Shown here: positions 63,887 through 64,000 of the stretch, piece by piece | Position numbering within the stretch: the first letter of the stretch is position 1 | Layout: each line of letters begins with the position of its first letter | Assembly: GCA_963706955.1 (NCBI GenBank) | Contig: CAVPOC010000002.1 | Coordinates: forward strand, 242,291-306,290 | Reading direction: 5' to 3' | From: an uncultured Verrucomicrobiae bacterium | GTDB lineage: Bacteria; Verrucomicrobiota; Verrucomicrobiia; Chthoniobacterales; Terrimicrobiaceae | DNA length: 64,000 nucleotides | Translations under genes and position numbers: made by a program | Notes under the pieces: generated by a model | What the model saw: only the letters and a program-made list of their open reading frames with translations | Databases searched by the model: none | Told to the model about the DNA's origin: nothing

Positions 63887-64000
63887 TCAATCCAACGTCC
63901 GCCGGTAGCGCAAAGCACCGAAAGCCATCACGATAAGACCGAAGACGAGAATTGGCCAAACGTCAGGCCAGACATCGGCGAGGCCATTTCCTTTCAGAAG
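63887..64000 (-). CDS. ABC-2 transporter permease, C-terminal end (partial)
   Basis: Manual translation LLKGNGLADVWPDVWPILVFGLIVMAFGALRYRRTLD*. Confidence 0.75.
   Translation of the reverse strand, partial: LLKGNGLADVWPDVWPILVFGLIVMAFGALRYRRTLD

Overview
Bacterial window, most likely from Verrucomicrobiota (Chthoniobacterales/Terrimicrobiaceae-like). This is inferred from gene style, the short NuoG and abundant GTAG-type intergenic palindromes. Housekeeping blocks lie at about 1-12.9 kb (SNF2 helicase, aldo/keto reductase, FKBP, L,D-transpeptidase) and 40.5-64 kb (hisI, two ExbBD loci, GuaB3-type IMPDH, fabF, nuoGH, purU, uvrC). Between them is a mosaic accessory region centred on tRNA-Arg(UCU) at 21065-21137. 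Main points: (1) an intact SEFIR/TIR domain fused to a trimeric-type purine nucleoside phosphorylase (12965-14389), divergent from a tRNA promoter. (2) A ~350 bp block (SEFIR start, promoter and 5' half of tRNA-Arg ending at the anticodon loop) is duplicated around a 6.5 kb island. The island has a SEFIR stub at one end, a TPR stub at the other, and a stand-alone LytTR gene with three copies of a leader/micro-ORF motif. (3) A 37-aa DltX-like micro-protein, missed by the ORF track, lies next to an MBOAT relic. Many genes carry single frameshifts, probably long-read consensus errors. No integrase, CRISPR array or rRNA was seen.
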